This document shows positions 25,588 through 38,459 of a stretch of 64,000 nt of DNA, piece by piece. The stretch's first letter is position 1. Each line of letters opens with the position of its first letter. The position numbers and the translations under genes are program-made. The notes under the pieces are model-generated. The model saw only the letters and a program-made list of their open reading frames with translations. It made no database searches and had not been told where the DNA came from. The stretch spans positions 6,450,001 through 6,514,000 of the forward strand of contig CM075993.1 of NCBI GenBank assembly GCA_038087875.1, given 5' to 3'. This DNA is from Malacoraja senta. Taxonomy: Eukaryota.

Positions 25588-26422
25588 CCTCCCCCCCTCC
25601 TCCTCCCTCCTCCCCCTCCTCCCCCCTCCTCTCTCCCTCCTCCCCTCTCACCTCTTCCCCCTCCCCGTCCCCCCATCCTCCCCCTCTCCCCCCACCCCCC
25701 CATCCCCCCATCCCCCCATCCCCCCTCCCCCACACTGGGTCCCCAGTCATCACACAAGTGTGTGTGAGCCCAGGGTATGTATGGTTCATGACACACACAG
25801 TGATAGAGTATTTCTGTGTGACTCATCACATTCAGTGACAGCCGGGGAGGACTCTGGAATCGAAACACAGCAGCTGCCAGTGATTCTAATGTGCGTCAGT
25901 CCCACAGAATTAATTCCTCTCCAACTGTCTCTGCCATTCCCTGGCCCCTCTCGCTCTCCCACTCCCTTCCCACACCTCTCCCTCTTCACCCTCCCTTTAT
26001 ACCCACCCTCTCTCTTCCTCTCCCCCCCCCTCCCTTTCCCCATCACTCTCTCCCTCTCCCTCCCTGCTCTATCTCTCCCTTTCCCCTGTCCCCTCCCCTC
26101 CTCCCAATCCCCACTTCTGTTTCTCCCCCTTACCCCACTCCCCCCTCCCCCTTCATTCCCCCCTCCCCCTTCTCCTGCCCCCTTTCTCTCCCTCTCCCCC
26201 TCCATCTCCCCCTCTCCCTCCTCTTTCTCCCCCTCACCCCACTCCCCCTCGCCCTTCATTTCCCCCTCCCCTTCTCCTGCCCCCTTTCTCCCATCTCCCC
26301 CTCTCCTCTTTCTCACCCCACTCCCTCTTCCCCTCCCTTTCTGCTTCTCTCTCCCCATCTCTCTCCTCCTCTCCTCTTCCCCTCCTCATCCCCCTCTCCC
26401 CCCATCACTCCCTCCCCCTCCC
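25588..26422. repeat. Two C/T-rich low-complexity tracts flanking a ~180-bp unique island
   Basis: Near-pure pyrimidine runs at 25588-25731 and ~25915-26422. Confidence 0.9.
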
Positions 26423-26426
26423 CAAG

Positions 26427-26747
26427 GGCAGGCATGGTGGCGCAGCGGTAGAGTTGCTGCCTTACAGCGAATGCAGCGCAGGAGACCCGGGTTCGATCCC
26501 GATTACCGGGTGCTGTCTGTACGGAGTTTGTACGTTCCTCCCGTGACCTGCATGGGTTTTCTCCGAGATCTTCGGTTTCCTCCCACACTCCAAAGACGTA
26601 CTGATTTGTAGGTTGATTCGCTTGGTAAATGTAAAAATTGTCCCCAGTGAGTGTAGGATAGTGTTAATGTGCGGGGATCACTGGTTGGCGCGGACCCGGT
26701 GGGCCGAAGGGCCTGTTTCCGCGTTATATCTCTAAACTAAACTAAAC
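26427..26747 (+). mobile_element. HE1-type tRNA-derived V-SINE, full length; representative of ~30 copies, e.g. 725-1050, 1590-1920, 37423-37730, 44095-44400, 46895-47210, 50333-50685, 56422-56700, 57030-57340, 62224-62536
   Basis: A box TGGCGCAGCGG, B box GGTTCGATCC, V-domain ggagtttgtacgttc...ggtttcctcccac, CR1-shared 3' end gggccgaagggcctgtttcc, (ctaaa)n tail. Confidence 0.9.
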
Positions 26748-27348
26748 TCCTCCCCCCCCTCCCACTTGTCCAGTTTCCCTGCAATGAGTCCGAAGAAGGG
26801 TCTCGGCTCGGAAACATCACCCCTTCCTTCTCTCCAGAGATGCTGCCTGTCCCGCTGAGTCACTCCAGCACTTTGTGTCGATCTGCCCTGCAATGAAACA
26901 AAGATGGACAATCTCAAATTGAGATTGCCAATATCCTGTTTACCGACTGTTGCAATACATGAGTCTAGTCGATCGAGTCACCCTGGGACTGTGGGCGTTT
27001 TGTGAGATTGCGGCCGAGAATGTCTACCTCTCCTCATCGCCCCAGACTACCTTCCCCTCAGCCCAGGGAGAGATCTAATCAACAAGATGAGTCTCGACCC
27101 GAAACATCACCCATTCCTTCTCTCCAGAGATGCTGCCTGTCCCGCTGAGTTACTCCAGCTTCTTGTGTCTATCTTCTATAATAAACTTGCCTTTTGTCAT
27201 TGAACACCTTGTTCAATGACAAACTTGATCTTGATCCCATAGTTAATGGGAACAATGTGTTCAAAGGAATAAATGAATGTGAGAGGGAGAGGCGTTGCAG
27301 GTCATACAGACTGTGCTGTGTAAGAAGGAACTGCAGATGCAGATTTAT

Positions 27349-28005
27349 AGATCATCGGCGGTCACTCGAAACAAGTATGACTGTCCTCTCCTCTCCATAG
27401 GGTGGTCTACTTGTGGGTCTGCAGATGTCCGCAGAGGCCGATCCACCATCCACATGGTGCAACGTGGGCAGTGGAGACTGGTGGTGGTTGGTAGTCGTCG
27501 AGCCCCCTTCTCTCTCCCCTCACGGTGCTGTCGCTTTGTCTCTGCGACACGGCGTAGATCCATTTCGTGACGTGCAGCTCCTTCCTGCACGGATTTCCTC
27601 CTGGAGCGCTTGTCCAGTGGAATTTGCTCCCAGTTGCTCGATGTGATGTGAAATTTCCTCAGACTGTTCTTGATGTTGTCCTTGAAGCGTTTCTTTGGCC
27701 TGCCGGGGGCTCGCCAACCTTCCTTCAATTGAGAGTACAGGATTTGTTTATGAAGGCGTGTGTTGGACATGCGGATGACATGGCCTGTCCATCCTAGTTG
27801 GTGCTGCATTATTGTGGTGGTGATGCTGGGCATGTTAGCTTCCTCCAGAACGCTGATGTTGGTGCGTTTGTCCTCCCAGCTGATCCTCAATCTTTTGTGA
27901 GGATCTTTGATGGTATTGTTCCAGGGCTCACAGGTGCCTGCTAGGTGGTCCATGACCAGCAGTTTTGTTTGAGCCTTTAGGTCTTGGTCTTCAAAGACTC
28001 TTTTC
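27349..28005 (-). mobile_element. RTE-clade LINE 3' fragment; second tail copy at 25218-25330
   Basis: ISWEDKRTNISVLEEA..PSI...QLGWTGHVIRM..RLHKQILYSQL..G.R..GRPKKRFKD. Confidence 0.85.
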
Positions 28006-28810
28006 CTAGATACAAAATGGTTGAGTAACTCAGCGGGACAGGCAGCAACTCGGGATGGAAGGAATTGGTGACCTTTTGGGTCGAGACCCTTCCTCAGACT
28101 GAATGTGCTGTCCAAAATATGTTACAATAACATTCTGGGTGAGCAGGGACAGATCTCCCAAGTCTGAAGGAGGGTCTCGCCCCAAAATGTCGCCTATTCC
28201 TTCGCTCCATAGATGCTGCTTCACCCGCTGAGTTTCTCCAGCATTTTGTCTACCTTCGTTTTTTCCAGCATCTGCAGTTCCTTCATAAGCATCCCAACTA
28301 AAACAAGGCTTTTTACCACAGCGGAGAGCAGCAGCAGATCTTAGGTGTGTGGGGGGAACTGCAGATGCTGGTTTGCACCAAAGATAGACACAAAGTGCTG
28401 GAGCAACTCAGCGGGCCAGGCAGCATCTCTGGAGAGAAGGAATCGGTGACGTTTCAGGTCGGGACAGAAAGACTGAGAGTCAGAGGAGAGGGAAACAAGA
28501 GATATGGGAGGATACAAAGAGAATGTGTGAAAAGGACAGATCAAAGCAGATGATGATCAAGGAAATTTAGAATGGTTCACTGTTGGCTGAGGGGAAGGTG
28601 ACAACGAGGAAGTCAAACTAATCAGGACGACAGTGAAGCTTTCGTGTTTGTTTTCTAGGTCGGCACAAAACTGAGAGTCTTTAATTTACAACAGAAGTCT
28701 TTAATGCTTTACTCACTGCTGGCAGCAAGACAACTCAAAATGGCTGCACACACACACACACACACACTACAGACAGGAGAAACTATATACAAAACATCTC
28801 CCTTTGTCCT

Positions 28811-28831
28811 GTGCAGCGCCACCTGCTGCAC
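28811..28831 (-). promoter_or_regulatory. Candidate CTCF site
   Basis: GCAGCAGGTGGCGCTG resembles the CTCF core consensus. Confidence 0.4.
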
Positions 28832-29044
28832 GGGAGGAGCAACGGGTCCTCCCACCCACACAGTCCACCAAACAAGGGAAAGCAAGGCTTACTTGAAGTT
28901 AGTACGCTAGGCCTCGAGTTCATCATCCATTCCTTCTCTCCAGAGATGCTGCCTGTCCCGCTGAGTCACTCCAGCATTTTGTGTCGAGCAGGTCTTAGAT
29001 GGCATCATCTCCAGAAGAAAACAGTTCCTCTGTACCTGGAGTAA

Positions 29045-29627
29045 TTTTTTTTTTTTTTTTTTTTTGTGAAAATATTTTTTATTGGAGATAAGTACATAAC
29101 ATATTAACATCATTACCAGTCTTGCATTTTTAAATTGATAATATTGTCAATTATTATTACATTGTCTCCAATACCTTTTGCCTTTTTTTGTTTTTTTAAA
29201 ACTAGATAGAACTAAAAAGATAGATGAAGTAAAGAAAGAAAAGAGAGAGAGAAGAAAAGAGAGAGAAAGAAAACAAAAACAAAAACAAAACAAAAAAACC
29301 CCAAAAAAACAGAAAAGAAAAAGATAGTTAAAGAAGAATGGAAAAATTTATTAAGATAAAAAACTTCGTTTGAGATATATTCGTACATTTCAGAGTATAA
29401 CATTTCATCCATTCTTTAGCCCGAGTGTTAGTCAGGTTCCTGTGCTGAACCATTCTGACCCTTTAAATAATCAATAAAGGGAGACCATGTTCCAACGAAT
29501 AATTCCTGTTTGTCCAACAGGGAAAATCTGATTATTTCCACGTTTAAGGTCTCCGTCATTTCTATAATCCACATTTTGATTGTGGGAGTAATTTTAGAAT
29601 AACCGGTGTTACCAGGAATAGATCTCA
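29045..29627 (-). mobile_element. L1-clade LINE 3' end with poly(A)
   Basis: PTIKMWIIEMTETLNVEIIRFSL...TWSPFIDYL; poly-T run at 29045-29066 on the + strand. Confidence 0.8.
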
Positions 29628-31662
29628 ATGTTTAATGGAATCTATTGTTTCTGCTTTTATATTGTATTTGACAATAACAGGTGCCTGGTGCAAGGGCGAG
29701 ATGGAATTGGTGATTCTGTGGTGAAATCCTGCAGATAACTGAAAATTAACATCTGGGTTTAATTCAGTTTAGTTTAGACATACAGCGCAGAAACAGGCCC
29801 CTCGGCCCACCGAGTCCGCGCCAACCAGCGATCCCCGCACGCGTAACACTATCCTACACACACTTGGGACAATTTACAATTCTTACCAAGCCAATTAACC
29901 TGCAAACCTGTAGGTCTTTGGAGTGTGGGAGGAAACCGGAGCACCCGGAGAAAACCCACGCAGGTTTATAGGTGATAGGAGCAGAATCACAATCACAATC
30001 ACAATGATACTTTATTAGCCAAGTATGGTTTGCAACATACGAGGAATTTCATTCAAATAAAAAGCAACGGAACACACAAAACACATTTTAACACAAACAT
30101 CCATCACAGTGACTCCTCCACATTCCTCACTGTAATGGAAGGCGAAAAAAGTTCATTCGGCCCATCGAGTCTACGCTGCCATTCTATCACGGCTGATCTA
30201 TCTTTTCCTCCTAAACCCGTTATAAGATTATTAAGGGCTTGGACACGCTAGAGGCAGGAAACATGTTCCCGATGTTGGGGGAGTCCAGAACCAGGGGCCA
30301 CAGTTTAAGAATAAGGAGTAAGCCATTTGGAATGGAGACGAGGAAACACTATTTCACACAGAGAGTGGTGAGTCTGTGGAATTCTCTGCCTCAGAGGACG
30401 GTGGAGGCCGGTTCTCTGGATACTTTCAAGACAGAGCTAGATAGGGCTCTTAAAGATGGCGGAGTCAGGAGATATGGGGAGAAGGCAGGAACGGGGTACT
30501 GATTGGGGATGATCAGCCATGATCACATTGAATGGTTCGAAGGGCTGAATGGCCTACTCCTGCACCTATTGTCTATTGTCCATTGTCTATTGTCTATTGT
30601 CATTCTCCTGCCTTCTCCCCATAAATTCTGACCTGTACTAATTAACAATCTATCTATCTCCGCCTTAAAATTATCCATTGACTTAATAATAATAATAATA
30701 ATAATTTATTATACTTTCAAAGGCTCTCAAGGACGCCTTACAAAATTTGATAATCAGCTTACAAAACATATAAGCAGAATAAAACAAAAAAACACATATA
30801 GTAGGGACAACACACAATTCAAAGAGAGAGCAGCGGCAGCTAAACGTCCCAGCGTTCACTCTCCCTCCCGGCAGCCATCTTGGAGACAAAATATTAAAAA
30901 CACCTTTTAACATTGAACATCCACCACAGTGACTCCTACACACTCCTCACTGTGGTGGAAGGCGAAATATAGTTCGTCCTTCCACTTGCTCTTCCTCAGT
31001 CATGGGCCTCGAGCCCCCTCCACGGCCGTCTGTGGCGATGATTTCCACAGATTGCGCAGATACCACCGTGCCGCCCAGAGTAGTGTTACCACCCACTGCA
31101 GCCGCCGAGCGAGTTGCATTAACTCCGACTGGTCAAAATGCCCAAGGAAGGGTGAGTGGCCAGTGAAGCAGGACGGGCGTGGTGGATGCGGGGGCGGGGG
31201 AGAGTGGGTTTGGGTGTTTGGGGCGGCATGGTGGTGCAGGGGTAGAGTTGCTGCCTTACGTACAAACTCCGTACAGACAGCACCGGTAGTCAGGATCAAA
31301 ACCGGGTCCGCATTCTTGCATCCATGTGATGTGCAACAACAGTTGTGAGCATTCTCTGGGGACTGTCGTGGTGTAAGGGCCTCCCAGAGTTAGTGTTATG
31401 TCTTCTTACAATGGAGACCAACGAGGCTACAGGGGACTACATGGGGATGCATGGCAGGGCACGGTGGCGCAGCGGTGGAGTTGGCGCCTTACAGTGCCAG
31501 AGACCCAGTTTGATCCTGACTACAGGTGCTGTCTGTACGGAGTTTGTACCTGTGTGGATTTTCTTCAAGATCTTCGGTTACCACCCACACTCCAAAGCAA
31601 AGACGTACAGCTTTTTAGGTTAATTGGCTTACTGTAAGTGTATATTGTCCTTGGTAGTGTTA

Positions 31663-32245
31663 AGGCTCTGTCTTACCTGTTTGCGGTCATCGGCGGTGAA
31701 GCGCGGCGTCGCCGGTAGCGGGGACCGCGCGGCAACGGCGAGAGCGCCGAGCCTATCCACTGGAGCGCCGCACGGATGCTGCGCGGGGGCCGAGTACTTC
31801 AAACACGGCGGGTCCCACGTGCTTGCGGTAAGTAAAAAAAAGGGCGGGCCGACTGCGATGACGTCGGCCCGCCGCACGTGACTCACTAGCGGCGACTGTG
31901 GCGGCGGCCGTCCTGATCGCGGCGCTGTAATGGTGGCTGTGCCTGCGGCCGTGCCGCACACGTGCCTCACTGGCGGAGGCTGTGGCAGTGGAGGTTTGAC
32001 GCACGGCGCTCGAGCCACACTGGCGGCGGCCCGTGCGGGCGGCCGTGCCGCACTCGTGCATCACTGGTGGAGGTTGTGCGGTGAGTATATAGTTTTCGAC
32101 ATTGTCGGTTTTATTTTAGCACCGTGCGGTGTTGGGAACACCGCCGCACGGCCCGGGAATTGTACGTTCTCACGAGTGCGCGGTCTATGGCGGCAGATTC
32201 TTCCCGTTTCGCCGCCAATGACCGCAGACTCGTGAGACAGGCCTT
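31663..32245. mobile_element. PIF/Harbinger-like MITE, ~580 bp, very GC/CpG-rich, inserted in an HE1 SINE
   Basis: Imperfect TIR aggctctgtcttac..gcggtcatcggcg / cgccaatgaccgc..gtgagacaggcctt; TSD TTA/TTA. Confidence 0.8.
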
Positions 32246-32684
32246 TTAGTGTGCGGGGATCGCTGGTTGGTGCGGGCTCAGTCAGCCGAAGGTCCAGTTT
32301 CCACGGAAAAGGGAGCAGAACATTTGTACGTTCTCTCTGTGACCCTCTGGGTTTTCTCCAGGTGCTCCTGTTTCCTCCCACACTCCAAAGACGTGCAGGT
32401 TTGTAGGTTAATTGGTTTTGGTAAAATTGTAAATTGTCCCTAGCATGCAGGATAGAACTAGTGTACGGGTGATTGCTGGTCAGCATGGACTTGGTAGGCC
32501 GAAGGGCCTGTTTCCACGCTGTATCTCTAAATTAAACTAAACTAAACTAGATTACACTTCCTTCCACTCCTTCCAGTCATCTTCTTGTTCTTTATACTTT
32601 CTTTTCAAGGTTGGGTGTTTAATGATTCATGTTGTTGTTTTACTCAAACAGTTTAGTTTAGTTTAGAGATACAGCGAGGAAACA

Positions 32685-34545
32685 GAAACATAGAAACATA
32701 GAAACATAGAAACATAGAAACATAGGTGCAGGGGTAGGCCATTCGGCCCTTCGCGCCTGCACCGCCATTCAATATGATCATGGTTGATCACCCAACTCAG
32801 TATCCCGTACCTGCCTTCTCTCCATACCCCCTGATCCCTTTAGCCACAAGGGCCACATCTAACTCCCTCTTAAATATAGCCAATGAACTGGCCTCAACTA
32901 CCTTCTGTGGCAGAGAATTCCACAGAATCACCACTCTCTGTGTAAAAATGATTTCCTCATCTCGGTCCTAAAAGTCTTCCCCCTTATCCTTAAACTGTGA
33001 CCCCTAGTTCTGGACTTCCCCAACATCGGGAATAATCTTCCTGCATCTAGCCTGTCCAACCCCTTAAGAATTTTGTAAGTTTCTATTAGATCCCCCTCAG
33101 TCTTCTGAATTCCAACGTGTACAAGCCGAGTCTTTCCAGTCTTTCCTCATATGAAAGTCTTGCCATCCCAGGAATCAGTCTGGTGAACCTTCTCTGTACT
33201 CCCTCTATGGCAAGAATGTCTTTCCTCAGATTAGGAGACCAAAACTGTACGCAATACTCCAGGTGTGGTCTCACCAAGACCCTGTACAACTGCAGTAGAA
33301 CCTCCCTGCTCTTATACTCAAATCCTTTTGCTATGAATGCTAACATACCATTTGCTTTCTTCACTGCCTGCTGCACCTGCATTCCTACTTTCAATGACTG
33401 GTGTACCATGACACCCAGGTCTCGTTGCATCTCCCCTTTTCCTAATCGGCCACCATTCAGATAATAGTCTACTTTCCTGTTTTTGCCACCAAAGTGGATA
33501 ACCTCACATTTATCCACATTATACTGCATCTGCCATGCCTTTGCCCACTCACCCAACCTATCCAAGTCACCTTGCAGCCTCCTAGCATCCTCCTCACAGC
33601 TAACACCGCCCCCCAGCTTCGTGTCATCCGCAAACTTGGAGATGTTGCATTCAATTCCCTCATCCAGCTCATTAATATAAATTGTAAATAGCTGAGGTCC
33701 CAGCACTGAGCCTTGCGGTACCCCACTAGTCACTGCCTGCCATTCTGAAAAGGACCCGTTTACTCCTACTCTTTGCTTCCTGTCTGCCAGCCAGTTCTCT
33801 ATCCACATCAATACTGAACCCCCAATACCATGTGCTTTAAGTTTGTATGCTAATCTCTTATGTGGGACCTTGTCGAAAGCCTTCTGAAAGTCCAGATATA
33901 ACACATCCACTGGCTCTCACTTATCCACTCTGCTAGTGGATAATTATCCACATCCTCGAAAAATTCTATAAGATTCGTCAGACATGATTTACCTTTCCTA
34001 AATCCATGCTGACTTTGTCCAATGAACTCACCACTTTCCAAATGTGCTGCTATCCCACCTTTAATAACTGACTCCAGAATTTTCCCCACCACCGATGTTA
34101 GACTAACTGGTCTGTAATTCCCCGTTTTCTCTCTCCCTCCCTTATTAAAAAGTGGGGTTACGTTTGCTACCCTCCAATCCTCAGGAACTACTCCAGAATC
34201 TAAAGAGTTTTGAATAATTATCACTAATGCATCCACTATTTCTGCGGCTACTTCCTTAAGTACTCTGGGATGCAACTTATCCGGCCCTGGGGATTTATCG
34301 GCCTTTAATCCATTCAATTTACCTAACACCACTTCCCGGCTAACCTGGATTTCACTCAGTTCCTCCATCTCATTTAACCCCCGGTCCCTTGCTATTTCCG
34401 GCAGATTATTTATGTCTTCCTCAGTGAAGACAGAACCAAAGTAGTTATTCAATTGGTCTGCCATGTCCTTGTTCCCCATGATCAATTCGCCTGTTTCTGA
34501 CTGCAAGGGACCTACATTTGTTTTAACTAATCTTTTCCTCTTTCT
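32685..34545 (-). mobile_element. CR1-clade LINE (HER1-like), ~1.85 kb, inserted in an HE1 SINE
   Basis: NYRPVSLTS, LDFQKAFD, PQGSVLGP, KFADDTKL, RPHLEYCVQFW; (ctatgttt)n tail. Confidence 0.93.
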
Positions 34546-37500
34546 CTTGGCCGAAACGGGCCCTTCGGCCCACCGAGTCCGCACCGACCAGCGATCCCCG
34601 CACATTAACACTATCCTACACACACTAGGGACAATTTTACACATACACCAAGCCAATTGACCAACCAACCTGCACATCTTTGGAGTGCGGGAGAAAACCG
34701 AAGGTCTCGGAGAAAACCCACGGGGAGAACGTGCATACTCCGTACAGACAGCACCCATAGTCGGGATCGAACCCGGGTCTACGGTGCTGCAAGCGCTACA
34801 AGGCAGCAACTCTACCGCTGCGCCACTGTGCCGCCCATAGTTTTTGAGGTGAACGAGCTGGAACTTGTGTTTAACACGGAACGTAATTTAATGCCGGTTG
34901 AATTCCTTTCCTTTCCACTGCTTAAGTATCAGCTACCATTGACAAAGTTTCACTCGCCTCTCGAGTCGAGCTCCGAAACTAATTAACATTAGCAGATTTC
35001 CACATTGACATCTCACTTTTTCCACACCCATGTTTTTTTCCACCAATTGCCAGCCTCTGTTTTCCACCCCCTTTGTTGAAGCCCCCACAAGAAAATGTGC
35101 CTGTCTGTGTTTTTTGAAAGCAAAATGTGGAATTCTTGGCACAGAAGGCTGTGGAGGCCAAGTCAGCGGATATTTTGAACTAAATATTTGAGCTTAGCTG
35201 CTGTATAAAGCAAAACAATCACCAATGCTAATCTTGGCAATGTATCCCTTGAGAAAGTAGATGGGGAGGGATTTCTTTAGCCAGAGGGTGATCAATCTGT
35301 GGAATTCATTGCCACAGATGGCAGTGGAGGCCAAACCACTAGGTGTTTTTATAAGCCAGAGATTGACAGATTCTTGATTAGTACGGGTGTCAGGGGTTAT
35401 GTGGAGAAGACAGGAGAATGGGGTTAGGATGGAGAGATAGATCAGCCATGATTGAATGGCGGAGTAGACTTGGTGGGCCGAATGGCCTAATTCTACCCCT
35501 ATTCCTTATGACCTTATGACTGTGGAATCTGCTGCCGTTCATTGTCGGCACGGAGTTATATTTTTATCAGGTAACAATTTTTCCAAGTGGGTTGAGAATT
35601 AAAAATCCAAGCCTGAGTCGTTGTTTAGCAAGGCCATTCGGCCCATCGAGTCAACTCCGACCTTCAATCACAGCTGATCTATATTTTCCTCTCACCCCGA
35701 TAGGCCTGGATTCTTCCCGTAACTTTAGGCTGATCTGGTACAAAGAAGATTGCCGGTAATGCTCCCGCAATTTATGACGCACTCTCATCCTGTAAACAGT
35801 AGGTAATCAGCTTATCATCTACAGTTGTTTAGTTCAGTTTAGCTTAGAGATACAGAGCGGAAACAGGACCTTCGGCCCACCGAGTCCACGCCGACCAGCG
35901 ATCCCCGCACAATAGCGCTATCCTACACACACTTGGGAACAATTTACAATTTTTACCAAAGTCAATTAACCTACACACTCACATGTCTTTGGAGTGTGGG
36001 AGGAAACCGGAGCACCCAGAAAAAACCCACGCAGTCGCAAAGAGTACGTACAAACTCCACACAGACAGCACCCGCAGTCAGCATCGAACCCGGGTGTCTA
36101 CCGCTGTGCCACCATTTGGCGACTTTACTTATCAAGACACATGTTAATCTCCGCTTTAAAAGTATCCAATAACTTGGCCTCTACAGCCGTTTAGCAATAA
36201 ATTCCACAGATTCACCACCCTCTGAATAAAGAGTTCCTCCTCAACTCCATTCTAAAGGTACGTCCTCTTATTCTGAGGCTGTGCCCTCTGGTCCTAGACT
36301 CTCCCACTCCAGGAAACATCCTCTGTACATCCGCTCTACCTAAGCCTTGAATCATTCAGCCTAGGTTGTGGGTATGGGCTGCAGGGAAGGTGAGATGATT
36401 CAGTTCCCTGGGATCTGCTCCCCTTCTCCTGATGATGGAATGTTCTGCAATCTGTATCTCCCTGTAATACAATCCTCGTTGGTCTCCAGGCTAAGAGGAC
36501 ATTACACAAACTCAGGGAGGCCCTTACACCATGACACAACCCAGAGAATGCTCCCAACACCCATTACACAGAATGTGGATGCAAGATCGTGGACCCAGTT
36601 CGATCCTGACCATGGGCATTGTCTGTATGGAGTTTGCGCGTACTACCTGTGACTGCGTGCATTTTCTCCAGGTGCTCCGGTTTCCTCCCACACTCCAAAG
36701 ACACACAGGTTTGTAAAAACAGAGAAACATAGAAAACAGGTGCATGAGTAGCCCGTTCAGCCCTTCGAGCCAGCACCGCCATTCAATATGATCATGGCTG
36801 ATCATCCCCAATCAGTATCCCGTTCCTGCTTTCTCCACATATCCCTTGATTCCGTTAGCCCGAAGAGCTAAATCTAACTCTCTCTTGAAAACATCCAGTG
36901 AATTGGCCTCCACTGCCTTCTGTGGTTGCTCGCTAACATATAAAACACGAGCCTGACTATAAAGTGTGAGGTAGGCTTTGATCTGTCTGCGTTTAACTGT
37001 GTACCAAATATTGAAACATGTTCAGCTCAACAGGAAATCTCCCCGACAGGTTTACGCTTCTTGATGCCAGCTCTGCAGCTTGAAGCAAGATGCTCTTGTG
37101 GAGGGGGAGGGGGTGGGGGTGGGGGGGGTGGAGGGGGTGAGGGGGGGGGGGAGGGAAGGGGAGTGGGAGAGAGAATACTTATGTACAGTGTTATCTGAAA
37201 TGATTTGGTAGCAAGCATCAAAATGCTTTGCACTGTCCCTCGGTACACATGACCTAACACGACCACTTCCTGCCACCAGTTGCTGTGGTGCATCTTGCAG
37301 CAACACCAATATACATTTGCCCAGCAGCCTTCTTCCTTGTGTTTAGTTTCTTCATCAGTGATATGAGCAGAATTAGGCCATTCGGCCCATCAAGTCTACT
37401 CTGCCATTCAATTATGGCTGATTAGTTTAGTTTATGGATACAGCGTGGAAACCGGCCCTTCGGCCCATCGCGCCCACACTGACCAGCGATCACCCGTTCA

Positions 37501-38459
37501 AACCAGTTTTATCCTGCACACACTAGGGGGCAGTTTTACAGAGGGCCGATTAACCGACAAGCCCGCACGTCTTTGGAGCGCGGGAGGAAACCGGAGCACC
37601 CGGAGAAAGCCCACGCGGTCACGGGGAGAACGTGCAAACTCTGTACAAACAGCACCCGTAGTCAGGATCGAACCCGGGTCTCTGGCGCTGTAAGGCCGCA
37701 ACTCTACCGCTGCGGTACCGTGCCGCCCTCAGCTGCTAACTTGCGATTCCACGTCATATGTTCATAAGTGAGAGGAGCGGAATTAGGCCATTCGGCCCAT
37801 CAGGTCTACTCGGATATTCAATCATGGCCGATCTGTCTCTCCCTCCTAATCCAATTCTCCTCCCTCCCTCCCGCGAGCTGAAGCACTTTAAATCATGGCA
37901 GGACTATGGTTAAGAGCAGCCGATCACAAGGAGACTCATCGAGTGAGCGAGCAGGTAGAGAACTGGGAATAATTAAGACCTATAGAATATAGGTATATAG
38001 CAATATAGAATATAGAATCTGAAGAAGGGTTTCGGCCTGAAACGTTGCCTATTTCCTTCGCTCCATCGATGCTGCTGCACCCGCTGAGTTTCTCCAGCAC
38101 CTTTGTCCACCTGTGAGTAATTAAGCCTTCCTGACTCTGCAGGCACAGTTTTGTGACCAGACATTTCCTCCTGAAAGCAGATTCAATAATAACTTCAAAG
38201 GATGCAGCGCCCACAAGCAGGTTAATGTGTAAATGTGTAAAGGGCAGATGACTGGATTTCACCCACACAGACTTAGTTCAACAAACTTTCATAACAACGG
38301 CCTACGCTCGGGATTATAGTGCTTTGATATTGCTGCTCTTATGGAATCATAGAGTGATACAGCTTGGAAACAGGCCATTAAGCCCACATTGCCCAACATG
38401 TCCCAGCTACACTAGTCCCACCTGCCTGCGTTTGCCCCATATCCCTCCAAACCTGTCCT

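Noticed and set aside
26427..26510. tRNA genes at SINE heads (also 38460-38530)
   Set aside because: A and B boxes are present but continue into SINE body and tail, with no complete cloverleaf.
25577..26611. 344-aa Pro/Ser-rich ORF and overlapping Gly/Glu-rich ORFs
   Set aside because: Translation of a low-complexity pyrimidine tract running into a SINE.
31624..32245. CpG-island promoter or GC-rich coding exon
   Set aside because: Bounded by TIRs and a TTA TSD inside a split SINE, so it is a MITE.
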